From Desulfotalea psychrophila LSv54 (GTDB lineage: Bacteria; Desulfobacterota; Desulfobulbia; Desulfobulbales; Desulfocapsaceae), in the NCBI RefSeq assembly GCF_000025945.1, contig NC_006138.1, positions 1 to 32,000 of the forward strand: a stretch of 32,000 nt of DNA, read 5' to 3'. The notes below the pieces were generated by a model. It made no database searches. It was not told the DNA's origin and saw nothing but the letters and a program-made list of their open reading frames with translations. Shown piece by piece: positions 17,641 to 28,480 of the stretch (its first letter is position 1; each line of letters begins with the position of its first letter). The position numbers and the translations under genes were made by a program.

Positions 17641-18408
17641 TCAGACCATGCCGATCCAGCCCTTAATCATCTTACGGAATCGATCAGATCTTGCAGTTTT
17701 TCTGGTAAGCTCAACTAACTGACCATAGCTTGAATTCTCGTATTCTGGCATCATCTTATTCCCCCATTGTGAGGGATCCCGATACGACTCCAATCCATGT
17801 TTTTTACTGAGAAGACTCAAAATAGACTGGTCATGTCGATGCTCAACAAATCCCGGATAATTTTCTCCGCAACTATTTACCTGATCGGTTAAAATTCTCT
17901 CATCCTGGGCATAGCGCAAATATTCATCAAAAAAAGAGAGAGATCGATCTGTCTTTTTTATCAAAACAAAACCGCCTATTCTCTGCATTGTTTCTTTATA
18001 TTTTTCTTCATCACAACCCAGCAAAACAAAGGCATCTCTCTTAGTCCATCTCTTTTCTATGTGCTCAAGATCAAAAACAATAACATCCTGTGACCTTTGC
18101 GTACTTATATCTATCAGAGGATCAATGCTCCCTATAAAATGGGAGCCCGAATCACAGTAGAACAAAAAATCACCATACGCCAACAGCTCTAGTGTTTTTT
18201 GTATAATATACGGCTTCCAAAGCCAATATCCCGCCCCTCGTTTTTGGGATAGTATCTTTTTATTTTTCTTGGCAAAGTCACTACCTATGTCCTTGGGGCC
18301 ATAGGAAATACATTGATCAAATCCACCGATAGCTATACCTGATTCACTGTTTTTTTTCTGTGCTTTTTTAAATGCATCATCCGCATAATTTATAAGTATT
18401 TTTCTCAT
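17641..18408 (-). CDS. Uncharacterised polysaccharide-cluster protein, possibly glycosyltransferase-like
   Basis: MRKILINYADDAFKKAQKKNSE...GYWLWKPYIIQKTLELLAYGDFLFYCDSG. The FYCDSG string could be a GT-A DxD-like region. ATG start on a coding-like frame. Confidence 0.7.
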   Translation of the reverse strand: MRKILINYADDAFKKAQKKNSESGIAIGGFDQCISYGPKDIGSDFAKKNKKILSQKRGAGYWLWKPYIIQKTLELLAYGDFLFYCDSGSHFIGSIDPLIDISTQRSQDVIVFDLEHIEKRWTKRDAFVLLGCDEEKYKETMQRIGGFVLIKKTDRSLSFFDEYLRYAQDERILTDQVNSCGENYPGFVEHRHDQSILSLLSKKHGLESYRDPSQWGNKMMPEYENSSYGQLVELTRKTARSDRFRKMIKGWIGMV

Positions 18409-18555
18409 GCCTTACAGAAGGTAAAAATTAAAGACCTGCCTAAAAGAGCAGATCAGATAGATGTATTATCAGCAGAAATTAACCAGGAGAAACAACAAAG
18501 AAGAGAGCCGTCACTCTTTATGAGCAACCGGCTAGAGCAAAAAAACCATAAGTCA

Positions 18556-19203
18556 TCAATGTTCTGCTTTTTTAAGCAGAACATTAGGACGTGCCAGATC
18601 CCAACATATATTGGTCTTAACAATTTTTGCAGGATTACCAGCAATAAGTACATTATTTTCCTCAAAACTTTTCGTTACTATACTGCCCCACCCAACCATA
18701 CAATTATCGGCAATAATCACGTTCTTACCGATTTTCACATCAAGCCCGCACCAAACATGATCACCTATTTTAATATATCTTCCTCTATTGGTAACACAGT
18801 TATTCGTATCAAGCATGCTATGGCTATCTGTACACCAAATTTGTGCTCCCGCCGCAAAAGAGCAATCCCTGCCAATTTCAATGACACTCTTATCTTCAAG
18901 CATCATTATTGTTGAGCCATTGCTTTTACTATCTTGCCCTATTATCAAAGAACACTCACATACAGGACAATCATCCGTCCCTATATGAATAGTATCATTC
19001 ATAAGAGATGTGTTCTCTGCTATATATACGCGATTCCTGTCACCTATGATCGAAATCCGCATACTATCCAGTATTGATTTTGAGGTAATACTATTGCCAT
19101 CTCCCTTGATTGATATTTTCCGTACCTTACCTCTACCAGGAATAGAAACAATATTATCTGACCCCTCACTCTTAACCCTGCTAAAATAACTTAAAAAAAG
19201 CAT
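18556..19203 (-). CDS. Left-handed beta-helix (hexapeptide repeat) acyltransferase
   Basis: IEIGRDCSFAAGAQIWCTDSHS...IGDHVWCGLDVKIGKNVIIADNCMVGWGSIVTKSFEENNVLIAGNPAKIVK. Confidence 0.9.
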   Translation of the reverse strand: MLFLSYFSRVKSEGSDNIVSIPGRGKVRKISIKGDGNSITSKSILDSMRISIIGDRNRVYIAENTSLMNDTIHIGTDDCPVCECSLIIGQDSKSNGSTIMMLEDKSVIEIGRDCSFAAGAQIWCTDSHSMLDTNNCVTNRGRYIKIGDHVWCGLDVKIGKNVIIADNCMVGWGSIVTKSFEENNVLIAGNPAKIVKTNICWDLARPNVLLKKAEH

Positions 19204-19349
19204 ACGCTACCATCTCTTTAAGGTTTTGGCATCACACCCCATAATACCCTCACGGGAAAACTTTCATGCCACGATGGAAAAACAGACTCAACGCAATGTT
19301 ATTCCAATTTCTACGAGAATAATGATAAGCTGTTTCTGCAGATAAACGA

Positions 19350-20576
19350 TTATACATTATCCTCGGCAAGTTCTTCTCCCTGCCACTTCTTAGAAGAGAG
19401 CAAGGCGGGCACCAGAATAGTAAAAAGATATCCAGTAGAGCTACCACCTAACCAGCTATCACAGAGAGAACCAACAACAAAGGTAAGCAAGACCCCCTGC
19501 AACAACAGGCGATACCTGCTCTCCAGTGTAAAAGAGGCCCGAGCCGCAAAGAGCAGAGCAGCAATAAAGAGGGCCATCCCTGCAAGCCCCGCCTCTACTC
19601 CAACAAGCAGAAATGCATTATGGGGCCCCTTCATAGGAGGAACCCGAGTCCCCCTAATCAACTCACCGTGAACCACAGGAAAAGAGGCAGGACCAGTACC
19701 GAGAAAAGGTGCCTCGGCGATGAGCTTTAAAGAATTGATCTGCCACGCTATGCGTAGGGAAACATTGTTAAACTTCCCATGAGAAATCTCTTCTTGGTAA
19801 TTTGTTACGGTATTATAGAGTTCTCGCCCCTGATTCATAAACTTAGGGGAGGTCTGAACCAGTACAACAAGAGAGAGAGCAAGCATTAGTCCACCAACAA
19901 ACATTTTCTTCCATGAGAGTGTTTGCACCAGCAGCAAGAGGGCAAGGGCAAAGAAAACCACCATCCCTGTCAAACTACGCTGCAGATAAAAAATATCGGC
20001 AAAGCTCAGCAGGGCAACTCCACCCCAAAACAATCGGTGCAAGATGGAAGAATCCTTTAATCTATGGCAGGAGACATAAAAGAGCAGGGCCATCATACCA
20101 CTACTAAAACTCGGGTGGATGGGTGAATTATACGCACCAGCCCAGCCATAGCTTCTCGAAATCTGGCCAAAATAGACGAAAAATGTCTCTATCAGTAGAA
20201 CAACAAAGGCGGCCAAAAAGGCGTTAACGACCCAATCCACCCCCTTTCGCTGTCGTCTGCAGAAAAATATTACCATTGCCGGAAAAAGCAGGCCGCGCAT
20301 GCCCTTAACCCGATCAAGCACCTCATCCATCGGCCCCACCGAATAGGATATGCCAACACAGTAGAGGATAAAGAGGGCAAAGGCAGAGAGAGCCATTGGG
20401 TACCTGCGCAAGGTCGGGACAAACTCTTTATAGCCCCGTGCCAACAGCCAAGACAAGATAAAGAGAATAGTGGTAATCGTCTTTCCCGTAGTCGTTATAA
20501 CAGAACAAAAACAGGCCAAAGCGATAAAAGTCACTCCAGCCCACTCCAGATAATTCATTTTTTTTTCAGTCAACAT
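19350..20576 (-). CDS. O-antigen ligase/polymerase-like membrane protein (WaaL/Wzy type)
   Basis: Multi-TM ORF with GTGPASFP...[23 protein letters not shown], a Wzy_C-type signature. Confidence 0.88.
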   Translation of the reverse strand: MLTEKKMNYLEWAGVTFIALACFCSVITTTGKTITTILFILSWLLARGYKEFVPTLRRYPMALSAFALFILYCVGISYSVGPMDEVLDRVKGMRGLLFPAMVIFFCRRQRKGVDWVVNAFLAAFVVLLIETFFVYFGQISRSYGWAGAYNSPIHPSFSSGMMALLFYVSCHRLKDSSILHRLFWGGVALLSFADIFYLQRSLTGMVVFFALALLLLVQTLSWKKMFVGGLMLALSLVVLVQTSPKFMNQGRELYNTVTNYQEEISHGKFNNVSLRIAWQINSLKLIAEAPFLGTGPASFPVVHGELIRGTRVPPMKGPHNAFLLVGVEAGLAGMALFIAALLFAARASFTLESRYRLLLQGVLLTFVVGSLCDSWLGGSSTGYLFTILVPALLSSKKWQGEELAEDNV

Positions 20577-20594
20577 AAATTCTCATTAAAAACA

Positions 20595-20891
<297 letters not shown>

Positions 20892-21048
20892 TGTGCCATA
20901 AGCAACTATCGTGTCAAGCGCTAATCTCAACTGTATTTTCAGCTTTTTCTAATATCCGCCATTGCGCTAGCGCTTCACTGCTAATATCTCGTATCTGTCG
21001 TTTCTGCCCTTTCTAACAGCTGACAACTCTAAACTTACAGCTGTCTTT

Positions 21049-21915
21049 CTACAGCTCCAGCCCCTGCAAATACTCCCGCAAAGGGCCGCCAATCTCAGGA
21101 TGCTCCAGGGCAAAGGCAATATTGGCCTTCTGGAAGCCCACCTTATCGCCACAATCAAAACGGGTCCCTTCAAAACCGACCCCGAAAATAGGCTGCTCGG
21201 CAAGCAGGGCCACCATGGCATCTGTGACCTGAATCTCCCCACCGGCACCGGTCTGCTGTTTGCCAAGGAAGTCAAAGATACGGGGGGTAAAGATATAGCG
21301 GCCAATGGCGGCAAGGTTAGAAGGAGCATCTTCCGGCTTTGGCTTCTCCACCATGGAGGAGATTTGCAGGATACCATCATAGACCGTCTCACCCTCCAGA
21401 ATACCGTAACGATTGGTCTCCTCCCGTGGAACCTCAATGGTAGCCACCATGGAGGCCCGCAAACGATCAAACTGGTGGATCATCTGCTGCAAGACAGGCT
21501 TTTCACTCTTAATAAGATCATCGGCCAAAAGGACGGCAAAGGGTTCATCCCCCACCACATCACGGGCACACCAGATGGCATGACCAAGCCCTAATGGCTG
21601 ACTCTGGCGAGTGTAAATAATAGACCCGGAGGCGGGGACCAGAGACTCCACCGTACGCAGCAGCTCATCCTTACCACGTTTACGCAGGGTATCCTCCAGC
21701 TGATAACTACTGTCAAAATGATTTTCCAGGGCCGACTTACCACTGCCCGTGACAAAGATCAGTTGCTCTATACCAGAGGCCAGGGCCTCCTCCACCGCAT
21801 ACTGGATAAGCGGCTTGTCCACCACGGGAAGCATCTCCTTAGGCATCGCCTTGGTGGCAGGGAGAAAACGCGTTCCTAAACCTGCTACGGGAAAAATAGC
21901 CTTTTTTACTCTCAT
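21049..21915 (-). CDS. galU: UTP-glucose-1-phosphate uridylyltransferase
   Basis: VKKAIFPVAGLGTRFLPATKAMPKEMLPVVDKPLIQYAVEEA, plus FEGTRFDCGDKVGF. Confidence 0.97.
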   Translation of the reverse strand: MRVKKAIFPVAGLGTRFLPATKAMPKEMLPVVDKPLIQYAVEEALASGIEQLIFVTGSGKSALENHFDSSYQLEDTLRKRGKDELLRTVESLVPASGSIIYTRQSQPLGLGHAIWCARDVVGDEPFAVLLADDLIKSEKPVLQQMIHQFDRLRASMVATIEVPREETNRYGILEGETVYDGILQISSMVEKPKPEDAPSNLAAIGRYIFTPRIFDFLGKQQTGAGGEIQVTDAMVALLAEQPIFGVGFEGTRFDCGDKVGFQKANIAFALEHPEIGGPLREYLQGLEL

Positions 21916-21944
21916 AATTCCTCATATATTTTAATAATAACAAA

Positions 21945-22252
21945 TTTAACCACAGAGGACGAGGAGGACACAGAGAGGACATCTTAGGTAAACTGCTTAA
22001 GAACAAAACCATGAGAGAGATTAGTAACTCCCAAAAGATCGCCCTTTGATCTTTAATTTTTTTCTCCGCCCGTCGCCCGTCCACGATGCTCCAATGCTAT
22101 AGCTCTCTCTTCTCTCTATGTCTTTGACTGCAGTGGTTAGCGTTTTCGCTTTTTAAATAATTACCTCTGTGTTCTCTGTGACCTCTGTGGTTAGTCGCTG
22201 TTTCTCTTGCTTTTAGGTAGTGGCAGTTCACCAAAAAACCTCTGTGGTTAAT
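21945..22252. repeat. Intergenic repeat patch: family A (+) at 21945, then (-) at 22133, 22187 and 22244, plus a family B-like (-) element near 22066-22106
   Basis: TTTAACCACAGAGGACGAGGAGGACACAGAGAGGACATCTTAGGTAAA. GTGGTTAGC, GTGGTTAGT and GTGGTTAAT. Confidence 0.85.
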
Positions 22253-22262
22253 TGTCCTTCTT

Positions 22263-23234
22263 TTAATCTCTATAATTATCCTGATTCGATAAAAACCAGG
22301 CATAGGTCTCAGCCAAACCCTCACGAAGAGATATCTGCGCCCGCCAACCAAGATCAGCCAGACGAGAGACATCCATCAACTTGCGAGGAGTACCATCGGG
22401 TTTGCTGCTATCAAAGACAAGCGCGCCGGCAAAACCCACAACCTCAGCCATAGTCTCGGCAAGCTCACGGATAGTGCAGTCCAGCCCGGTACCCACATTA
22501 ATGTGGGAGAGCATGGGTTCGGTGTGCTGACTATAAATATCCCTGTCAAGATTCATCACATGGACCGAGGCCGCCGCCATATCATCTACGTGCAAAAACT
22601 CCCGCATCGGCGTCCCCGTACCCCAGACCACAACCTCTGCTGCACCGGCTAGCTTGGCCTCATGGAAACGACGGAGCATGGCGGGAATCACATGACTGTT
22701 CTCGGGATGAAAATTATCATTCATACCATAGAGATTGGTGGGCATCACCGAACGGTAATCTACCCCATACTGACGATTATAGGATTCACAGAGCTTGATC
22801 CCGGCAATCTTGGCCAGGGCATAGGGCTCATTGGTGGCCTCAAGTACCCCGGTGAGCAGGGCAGACTCCGCCATGGGTTGCTCAGCAAGCTTGGGATAAA
22901 TACAGGACGAGCCCAGAAACAGGAGCTTTCTCACCCCATGCAGATAGGCCTGATGGATGATATTGGCCTCCATCATCATATTCTGATAGATGAATTCGGC
23001 AGGATAGGTGTTATTGGCATGAATCCCGCCCACCTTGGCAGCGGCCAGATAAACCACGTCCGGTCGTTCCTCCTCAAAAAAATTCGCCACAGCCCGCTGA
23101 TCCACCAGATCCAACTGCGCATGGGTCCGGGTCACAATCTCTCCCGCGCCCATCTCCTCCAACCTTCTGACAATGGCCGATCCGACCATGCCCCGATGCC
23201 CTGCTACATATATTTTCATAACACTCTTCCTCAA
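22263..23234 (-). CDS. fcl: GDP-L-fucose synthase
   Basis: [53 protein letters not shown], and [16 protein letters not shown]. Confidence 0.96.
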   Translation of the reverse strand: MRKSVMKIYVAGHRGMVGSAIVRRLEEMGAGEIVTRTHAQLDLVDQRAVANFFEEERPDVVYLAAAKVGGIHANNTYPAEFIYQNMMMEANIIHQAYLHGVRKLLFLGSSCIYPKLAEQPMAESALLTGVLEATNEPYALAKIAGIKLCESYNRQYGVDYRSVMPTNLYGMNDNFHPENSHVIPAMLRRFHEAKLAGAAEVVVWGTGTPMREFLHVDDMAAASVHVMNLDRDIYSQHTEPMLSHINVGTGLDCTIRELAETMAEVVGFAGALVFDSSKPDGTPRKLMDVSRLADLGWRAQISLREGLAETYAWFLSNQDNYRD

Positions 23235-23267
23235 TCATAAAAACAACATTTACCACAGAGTCCACAG

Positions 23268-23856
23268 AGGACACAGAGAACTACTTTTTTTTATCAAAAA
23301 CAAAACAGAATAAAAGCTAGCATACTATCGAAGACGGCAGCACAAAGAATTGCAGAACGCACTGAAAAGGTGATAGGAAAAATCGCTAGGCTGAAATAGA
23401 CTCATTCCAGATAGGATTGATATTTCTAAGAAGCCCACCTAAGAAGTGTTCACCCTAAAACTTTTCTCTGTAGTTGAAATCAAAACAGGGACAGTTAACC
23501 ACTGCTTAGGAGTACACAGAGAGGACCTTTTAGGTAAAGGACCAAAAGCGTTAAGGCTAGAATCATTTGAAAAAATAAATTGTTCCAAATCAATCTGTTA
23601 TTATGCTTTTTAAATAATTCCCTCTGTGTGCTCAGTGCTCTCTGTGGTTAGTCGCTGTTGTTGCTTTTAAGCAGTCGCCATTCCGCTCGCCACTCGTTGT
23701 CGCTCGCTGCTACTCCACTGCTCAGTAGTTCAAAAAAAGTCCTCTGTGTCCTCGGTTCCAGTGATTAACTATCCTTCTTTTTCTCGCTGTTTCTCTCGTT
23801 GTTGCTTTTAGCTTTTCACCAAAAAAGCCTCTGTGTCCTCGGTTCCAGTGGTTAAC
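23268..23856. repeat. Intergenic repeat patch: family A (+) at 23272 and 23494, then (-) at 23644, 23761 and 23848, plus family B (-) at 23675-23723
   Basis: GTTAACCACTGCTTAGGAGTACACAGAGAGGACCTTTTAGGTAAAGG at 23494. Minus-oriented GTGGTTAGT, GTGATTAAC and GTGGTTAAC. Confidence 0.85.
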
Positions 23857-23901
23857 CCTTTTCGCTTTTGATCTTTTAGGCAGTGGTTGATGTAGTTGTC
23901 T

Positions 23902-24273
23902 TTACAAAACAAGACGTCGAACACCATCCACCAAGCGAAGCACATTAAAATTAATCAGCAAACCTGTCCGCACCCCAGCAAGCTTCATATAGGTCAAGAC
24001 CTGGGCCGTATGAAGTGGCAACAGCTTATCAACCACCTTCAGTTCAACAATAAGTTCATCAGCAACTAAAAGATCAATACGGTATCCAGCATCAATCTCA
24101 ATATCCTTATACCGGATGGGCAAGGCAACCTGTGTACGCACAGCGATGTTCAGACATTGCAATTCATACAACAAACAGCGCTCATAACTAGATTCAAGCA
24201 AACCTGGACCAAGCTGACGATGAACTTCTATGGCACAGCCAATAACCGTACCAGTCAACTCCTTAGTATCCAT
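23902..24273 (-). CDS. GxxExxY protein (PD-(D/E)XK nuclease-superfamily-like small protein)
   Basis: VIGCAIEVHRQLGPGLLESSYERCLLYEL (GxxExxY signature) and RIDLLVADELIVELKVV...HTAQVLTYMKL. The likely start is the ATG at 24273 (MDTKELTG), not the upstream in-frame start at 24450. Confidence 0.88.
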   Translation of the reverse strand: MDTKELTGTVIGCAIEVHRQLGPGLLESSYERCLLYELQCLNIAVRTQVALPIRYKDIEIDAGYRIDLLVADELIVELKVVDKLLPLHTAQVLTYMKLAGVRTGLLINFNVLRLVDGVRRLVL

Positions 24274-24337
24274 AACATCCTCTGTGTTCTTGATTCCAAT
24301 AATTAAAAAAAAAACAATAACAGAAAGAACAAGGACG

Positions 24338-24837
24338 GCTAACCACTGCTTATGAGGACACGGAGAAAGACTTTTATATAAACCGCTTAAAGCAAAAAAC
24401 AAATTCGAAAATATAAACACTAGAACCCCTAAGAACAACTCAGCTAACATGTTGGATTTTATTTTTGTCTTTCATCTCGTATCTCTGCTTTTTAAATAAT
24501 TTCCTCTGTGATCTCTGTGCCCTCTATGGTTAGTCGCTGTGGCTTTTTAAATAATTACCTCTGTGTCCTTGGTTGCCAGTGGTTAACCGTTTTTCTCGCT
24601 GTTCCTCGTTGCTGTTTTTCTCGCTTTTGCTGTGGCTTTTTACCCAAAAAACCTCTGTGTTCTCATAAGCAGTGGTTAACTTCTTTTTTCTGCTTTTTCT
24701 CGCTATTCCGCTCGCCGCTACGCTGCTGCTGTTGCTGTGGTATTTTACCTAAAATCCTCTGTGATCTTGGTTGCCAGTGGTTAGTCGCTGTGGCTTTTTA
24801 AATAATTACCTCTGTGCGCTCGGTTGCAGTGGTTAAC
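24338..24837. repeat. Intergenic repeat patch: family A (+) at 24338, then (-) at 24526, 24579, 24672, 24777 and 24829
   Basis: GCTAACCACTGCTTATGAGGACACGGAGAAAG, then five CCTCTGTG...GTGGTTA(A/G)(C/T) copies. Confidence 0.85.
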
Positions 24838-24848
24838 TTTTTCTTTTT

Positions 24849-25964
24849 TTATTCCTTAGTGACGGGAATTGTGTAACCGTGCAATTTCAACAAAGCATGC
24901 TGCTTAGCCTTAGCAAGATCGTTAGCCACCATCTCAGCACACATCTCCTCCACGGTGATCTCAGGGACCCAACCAAGCTTCTCCTTAGCCTTAGTAGGAT
25001 CACCAAGCAGGGTCTCCACCTCGGCAGGACGGAAGTAACGGGGATTCACTCGAACCACCACATCACCCACCTGAACCGCAGGGGCATCTTCACCCACAAT
25101 AGCCTTTACTGTTCCAACCTCAGCCAAGCCCTCACCGCTGAACTCAAGCTCGAAACCAGCTTCCTTGGCCGATAGCCGGACAAAGTCACGTACCGAAATC
25201 TGCCTGCCCGTAGCAATAACAAAATCATCGGGAGCATCCTGCTGGAGCATCATCCACTGCATACGGACATAATCCTTGGCGTGGCCCCAATCACGCAGGG
25301 CATCCATATTACCAAGGTAGACACACTCCTCGAGTCCCTGGGCAATATTGGCAAAGGCACGGGTAATCTTGCGGGTAACAAAGGTCTCACCGCGACGAGG
25401 CGACTCATGGTTAAAGAGAATGCCGTTACAGGCATACATACCGTAGGATTCACGGTAATTTATGGTAATCCAATAGGCATACATCTTGGCCACTGCATAG
25501 GGTGAGCGGGGATGAAATGGGGTCGTCTCAGTCTGGGGAATCTCCTGCACCTCACCAAAGAGCTCCGAAGTCGAGGCCTGATAAAAACGGGTCTTCTTCT
25601 CAAGCCCCAAAAAGCGAATGGCCTCCAAGATGCGTAGGGTGCCATTGGCCACAACATCGGCAGTATATTCAGGAGCCTCAAAAGAGACGGCCACATGGGA
25701 CTGAGCAGCAAGATTATAGACCTCATCGGGCTGCACCTCTTTGAGGATACGGGTAAGATTGGAGGAGTCAGTCAAATCACCGTAATGGAGAAAAAACCTG
25801 GGATTCTCGGCATTGGGATCCTGATAAATATGATCAATCCGCTCGGTATTAAAGGAGGAGGCCCGCCTCTTGATGCCATGTACCTCATAACCCTTCTCCA
25901 ACAACAACTCCGCCAAATAGGACCCATCTTGGCCGGTAATACCGGTAATCAATGCCTTCTTCAT
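24849..25964 (-). CDS. gmd: GDP-mannose 4,6-dehydratase
   Basis: [48 protein letters not shown]...[14 protein letters not shown]...[11 protein letters not shown]. Confidence 0.97.
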   Translation of the reverse strand: MKKALITGITGQDGSYLAELLLEKGYEVHGIKRRASSFNTERIDHIYQDPNAENPRFFLHYGDLTDSSNLTRILKEVQPDEVYNLAAQSHVAVSFEAPEYTADVVANGTLRILEAIRFLGLEKKTRFYQASTSELFGEVQEIPQTETTPFHPRSPYAVAKMYAYWITINYRESYGMYACNGILFNHESPRRGETFVTRKITRAFANIAQGLEECVYLGNMDALRDWGHAKDYVRMQWMMLQQDAPDDFVIATGRQISVRDFVRLSAKEAGFELEFSGEGLAEVGTVKAIVGEDAPAVQVGDVVVRVNPRYFRPAEVETLLGDPTKAKEKLGWVPEITVEEMCAEMVANDLAKAKQHALLKLHGYTIPVTKE

Positions 25965-26132
25965 AATCACTCCACAATATATTTTCAGAGAAACCCTATA
26001 AAGCCTAATGGTAATTTATCCAGCACCACAATAGAAGCTTACAGGACAAAAAACAACTTCTTTCCCATTGCCGAACAGAGCCAATGGTCTGCATGGAATT
26101 TTATAAAACATGACCCTCAAAAACAGAAAAAA

Positions 26133-26705
26133 GTTAACCACTGGCTGAAGAACACAGAGAGGACCGTTTAGGTAAAAGACAAAAAATACAGCGATAAGCT
26201 GGAGCAGTGGAGTATTACGGAATGGCGAGCTGTCAGACAGAAAAGAGATGTGAGATGCGCCACAGGCAACTGTCATGTCAAGCGCTAATCTCAGTTCTCT
26301 TTTCAGCTTTTTCTAGCATCTAATAGCTGTAGTCCCCTGATAGCTGATAACTCAAAAGCATACAGCTTCTTTTCCCTCTGTGTACTTGGTTACAGTGGTT
26401 TTAAGCTTTTCTCGCTATGTCTCTCGCCTTTCGCCACTTCGCTGCTATCTTTTAGGTAGTGGCTTTTTACCAAAAAATCTCTGTGTGCTTGGTTGCAGTG
26501 GTTAGTCCTTTCTTGCTGTTATATTTTATCGCTGTTGTCGTTGCTGTTGTAGTTACTTTTCGCTTTTCGCTTTTTAAATAATTTCCTCTGTGTTCTTCAG
26601 CCAGTGGTTAACTGCTTTTTAGCTTTTTCTCGCTGTTTCTCTCACTGTTTTTTCGCTTTTCGCTTTTTAAATAATTTCCTCTGTGTTCTTCAGCCAGTGG
26701 TTAAC
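26133..26705. repeat. Intergenic repeat patch: family A (+) at 26133, then (-) at about 26395 (degenerate), 26498, 26604 and 26697
   Basis: GTTAACCACTGGCTGAAGAACACAGAGAGGACCGTTTAGGTAAAAGAC. The last two copies form a ~67-bp direct duplication at 26557-26623 and 26650-26716. Confidence 0.85.
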
Positions 26706-26961
26706 TGCTTTTTAGCCCTATGTGGCCCTATGTGGCAGGATAGTTTACGCCCTTACTCTTGCCCTTTCTGACACCTATCGGTATTCCTGCCCTCACTTCT
26801 GAGCAAAAAAAGTGGTTTGTTGCAAAAATTAGCCTCACTAAGACTCCACAAAATGGGGTAAGATCAAAATGGCTATTTTTTATATGGAATCAATATTATG
26901 CTGAAGCTGTTATCTTAATACAATTTTGAAAAGTAAAAAATCAATTTAGAGAGGCAGAGGG

Positions 26962-27990
26962 ATGGGAGCATTAAATATCCTGGTGACAGGCGGGGCTGGT
27001 TATATTGGCAGTCATACCTGTCTGGAATTGCTAGAGGCAGGCTATGAGGTCACCGTTGTGGATGATCTGTCAAATTCGTGTTATGAAGCCCTAGCCCGGG
27101 TGGAGACACTTACTGAAAAAAAAATAACCTTTCATCAGGTAAATGTCCTTGACCAGCAGGCCCTCGATGCTGTTTTTGTAAGTAGCAAAAAGCCCTTTGC
27201 CGCAGTGATTCATTTTGCGGGACTAAAGGCAGTTGGTGAGTCTGTGGCCGAGCCACTCCGTTATTATCATAATAATGTCACGGGAACCCTTGTCCTCTGT
27301 GACCTTATGGCTAAGCACGGGCTGAAAAATATTATCTTCAGCTCTTCGGCAACGGTTTATGGTGATCCAGCAACTGTCCCCATAACCGAAGATTTCCCTC
27401 TTTCCTGTACCAACCCCTACGGACGCACCAAATTGATGGTAGAGGAGATTCTTGCCGATCTCCATGGGGCAGACCATGAGTGGAATGCCTGCCTGCTCCG
27501 CTATTTTAATCCTGTCGGAGCTCACAAAAGCGGGCGGATAGGAGAAGACCCCAATGGCATTCCCAATAACCTCATGCCTTATATTGCCCAGGTCGCCATT
27601 GGTCGTCTTGATTACCTGTCAGTTTTTGGCAATGACTACCCTACGGTCGATGGCACGGGGGTGCGGGATTATATTCATGTGGTCGATCTGGCCAAAGGGC
27701 ATGTCTGTGCTGTAAAAAAAATTCTTGAGGGTCGGGGCATCACAACCTACAATCTGGGAACAGGTCATGGCTGCAGTGTCCTTGAGATGGCGAGCGCCTT
27801 CTCCAGAGCCTGCGGCCATGATGTCGCCTATAAAATAGTAGCGAGACGGGCAGGTGATGTAGCAGTATATTGTGCAGACGCAACCAAGGCATTGGATGAG
27901 CTCGGTTGGTCAACCTCCCTCGGCCTTGAGGACATGTGCGAAGACACCTGGCGCTGGCAGAAAAATAATCCCACGGGCTATCGGCAATAG
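26962..27990 (+). CDS. galE: UDP-glucose 4-epimerase
   Basis: [58 protein letters not shown] and [14 protein letters not shown]. Confidence 0.97.
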   Translation: MGALNILVTGGAGYIGSHTCLELLEAGYEVTVVDDLSNSCYEALARVETLTEKKITFHQVNVLDQQALDAVFVSSKKPFAAVIHFAGLKAVGESVAEPLRYYHNNVTGTLVLCDLMAKHGLKNIIFSSSATVYGDPATVPITEDFPLSCTNPYGRTKLMVEEILADLHGADHEWNACLLRYFNPVGAHKSGRIGEDPNGIPNNLMPYIAQVAIGRLDYLSVFGNDYPTVDGTGVRDYIHVVDLAKGHVCAVKKILEGRGITTYNLGTGHGCSVLEMASAFSRACGHDVAYKIVARRAGDVAVYCADATKALDELGWSTSLGLEDMCEDTWRWQKNNPTGYRQ

Positions 27991-28249
27991 GGAGAGGATA
28001 CAAGACAGTGGGATAAAGCCGTTACTTGCCTTCGCTAGAAGGCTAAATCCATACCTACACGAAGGATGCATCAGCCATTCACCCAATGGATATTTGCACT
28101 CTCGAAGGGATAAGATTGCTCAAGCGGATAGCTTATGGATATCGAGACACGGCCCCAAAAAAACAAAAGAAGAGCTGTGAGCTATCAGCTGTCAGTTAAA
28201 GCAGCACAGCTCAAGAGCTACATGCTGTCCTCGCAGTTAATCTCCCGCT

Positions 28250-28480
28250 ATTTGCCTTCGCCATGCCGCTACGCTTCACTGCTGCCATTACGCTACGCCA
28301 CTCGTTGTCGCTCGCTGCTGCTTCACTGCTGCCATTTCGCTCGCCACTCGTTCGCCGCTACGCTGCTGACGCCACTCGTTTGACGCCACTCGCTGCTACT
28401 CACTGCTACTCACTGCTACTCGCTGCTACTCCACTGCTACAGCTTTCTTCCCCTCCGTGTACTCACAAGCAGTGGTTAAC
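28250..28480 (-). repeat. Degenerate family B low-complexity run ending in a family A copy
   Basis: GCCACTCGTTGTCGCTCGCTGCTGC...CACTGCTACTCACTGCTACTCGCTGCTACTCCACTGCTAC, then CCTCCGTGTACTCACAAGCAGTGGTTAAC. Confidence 0.8.

Noticed and set aside
24274-24450. N-terminal extension of the GxxExxY protein (MLAELFLGVLVFIFSN...)
   Set aside because: The extension is translated from repeat-patch sequence and is unlike the family. The conserved start MDTKELTG at 24273 is more plausible.
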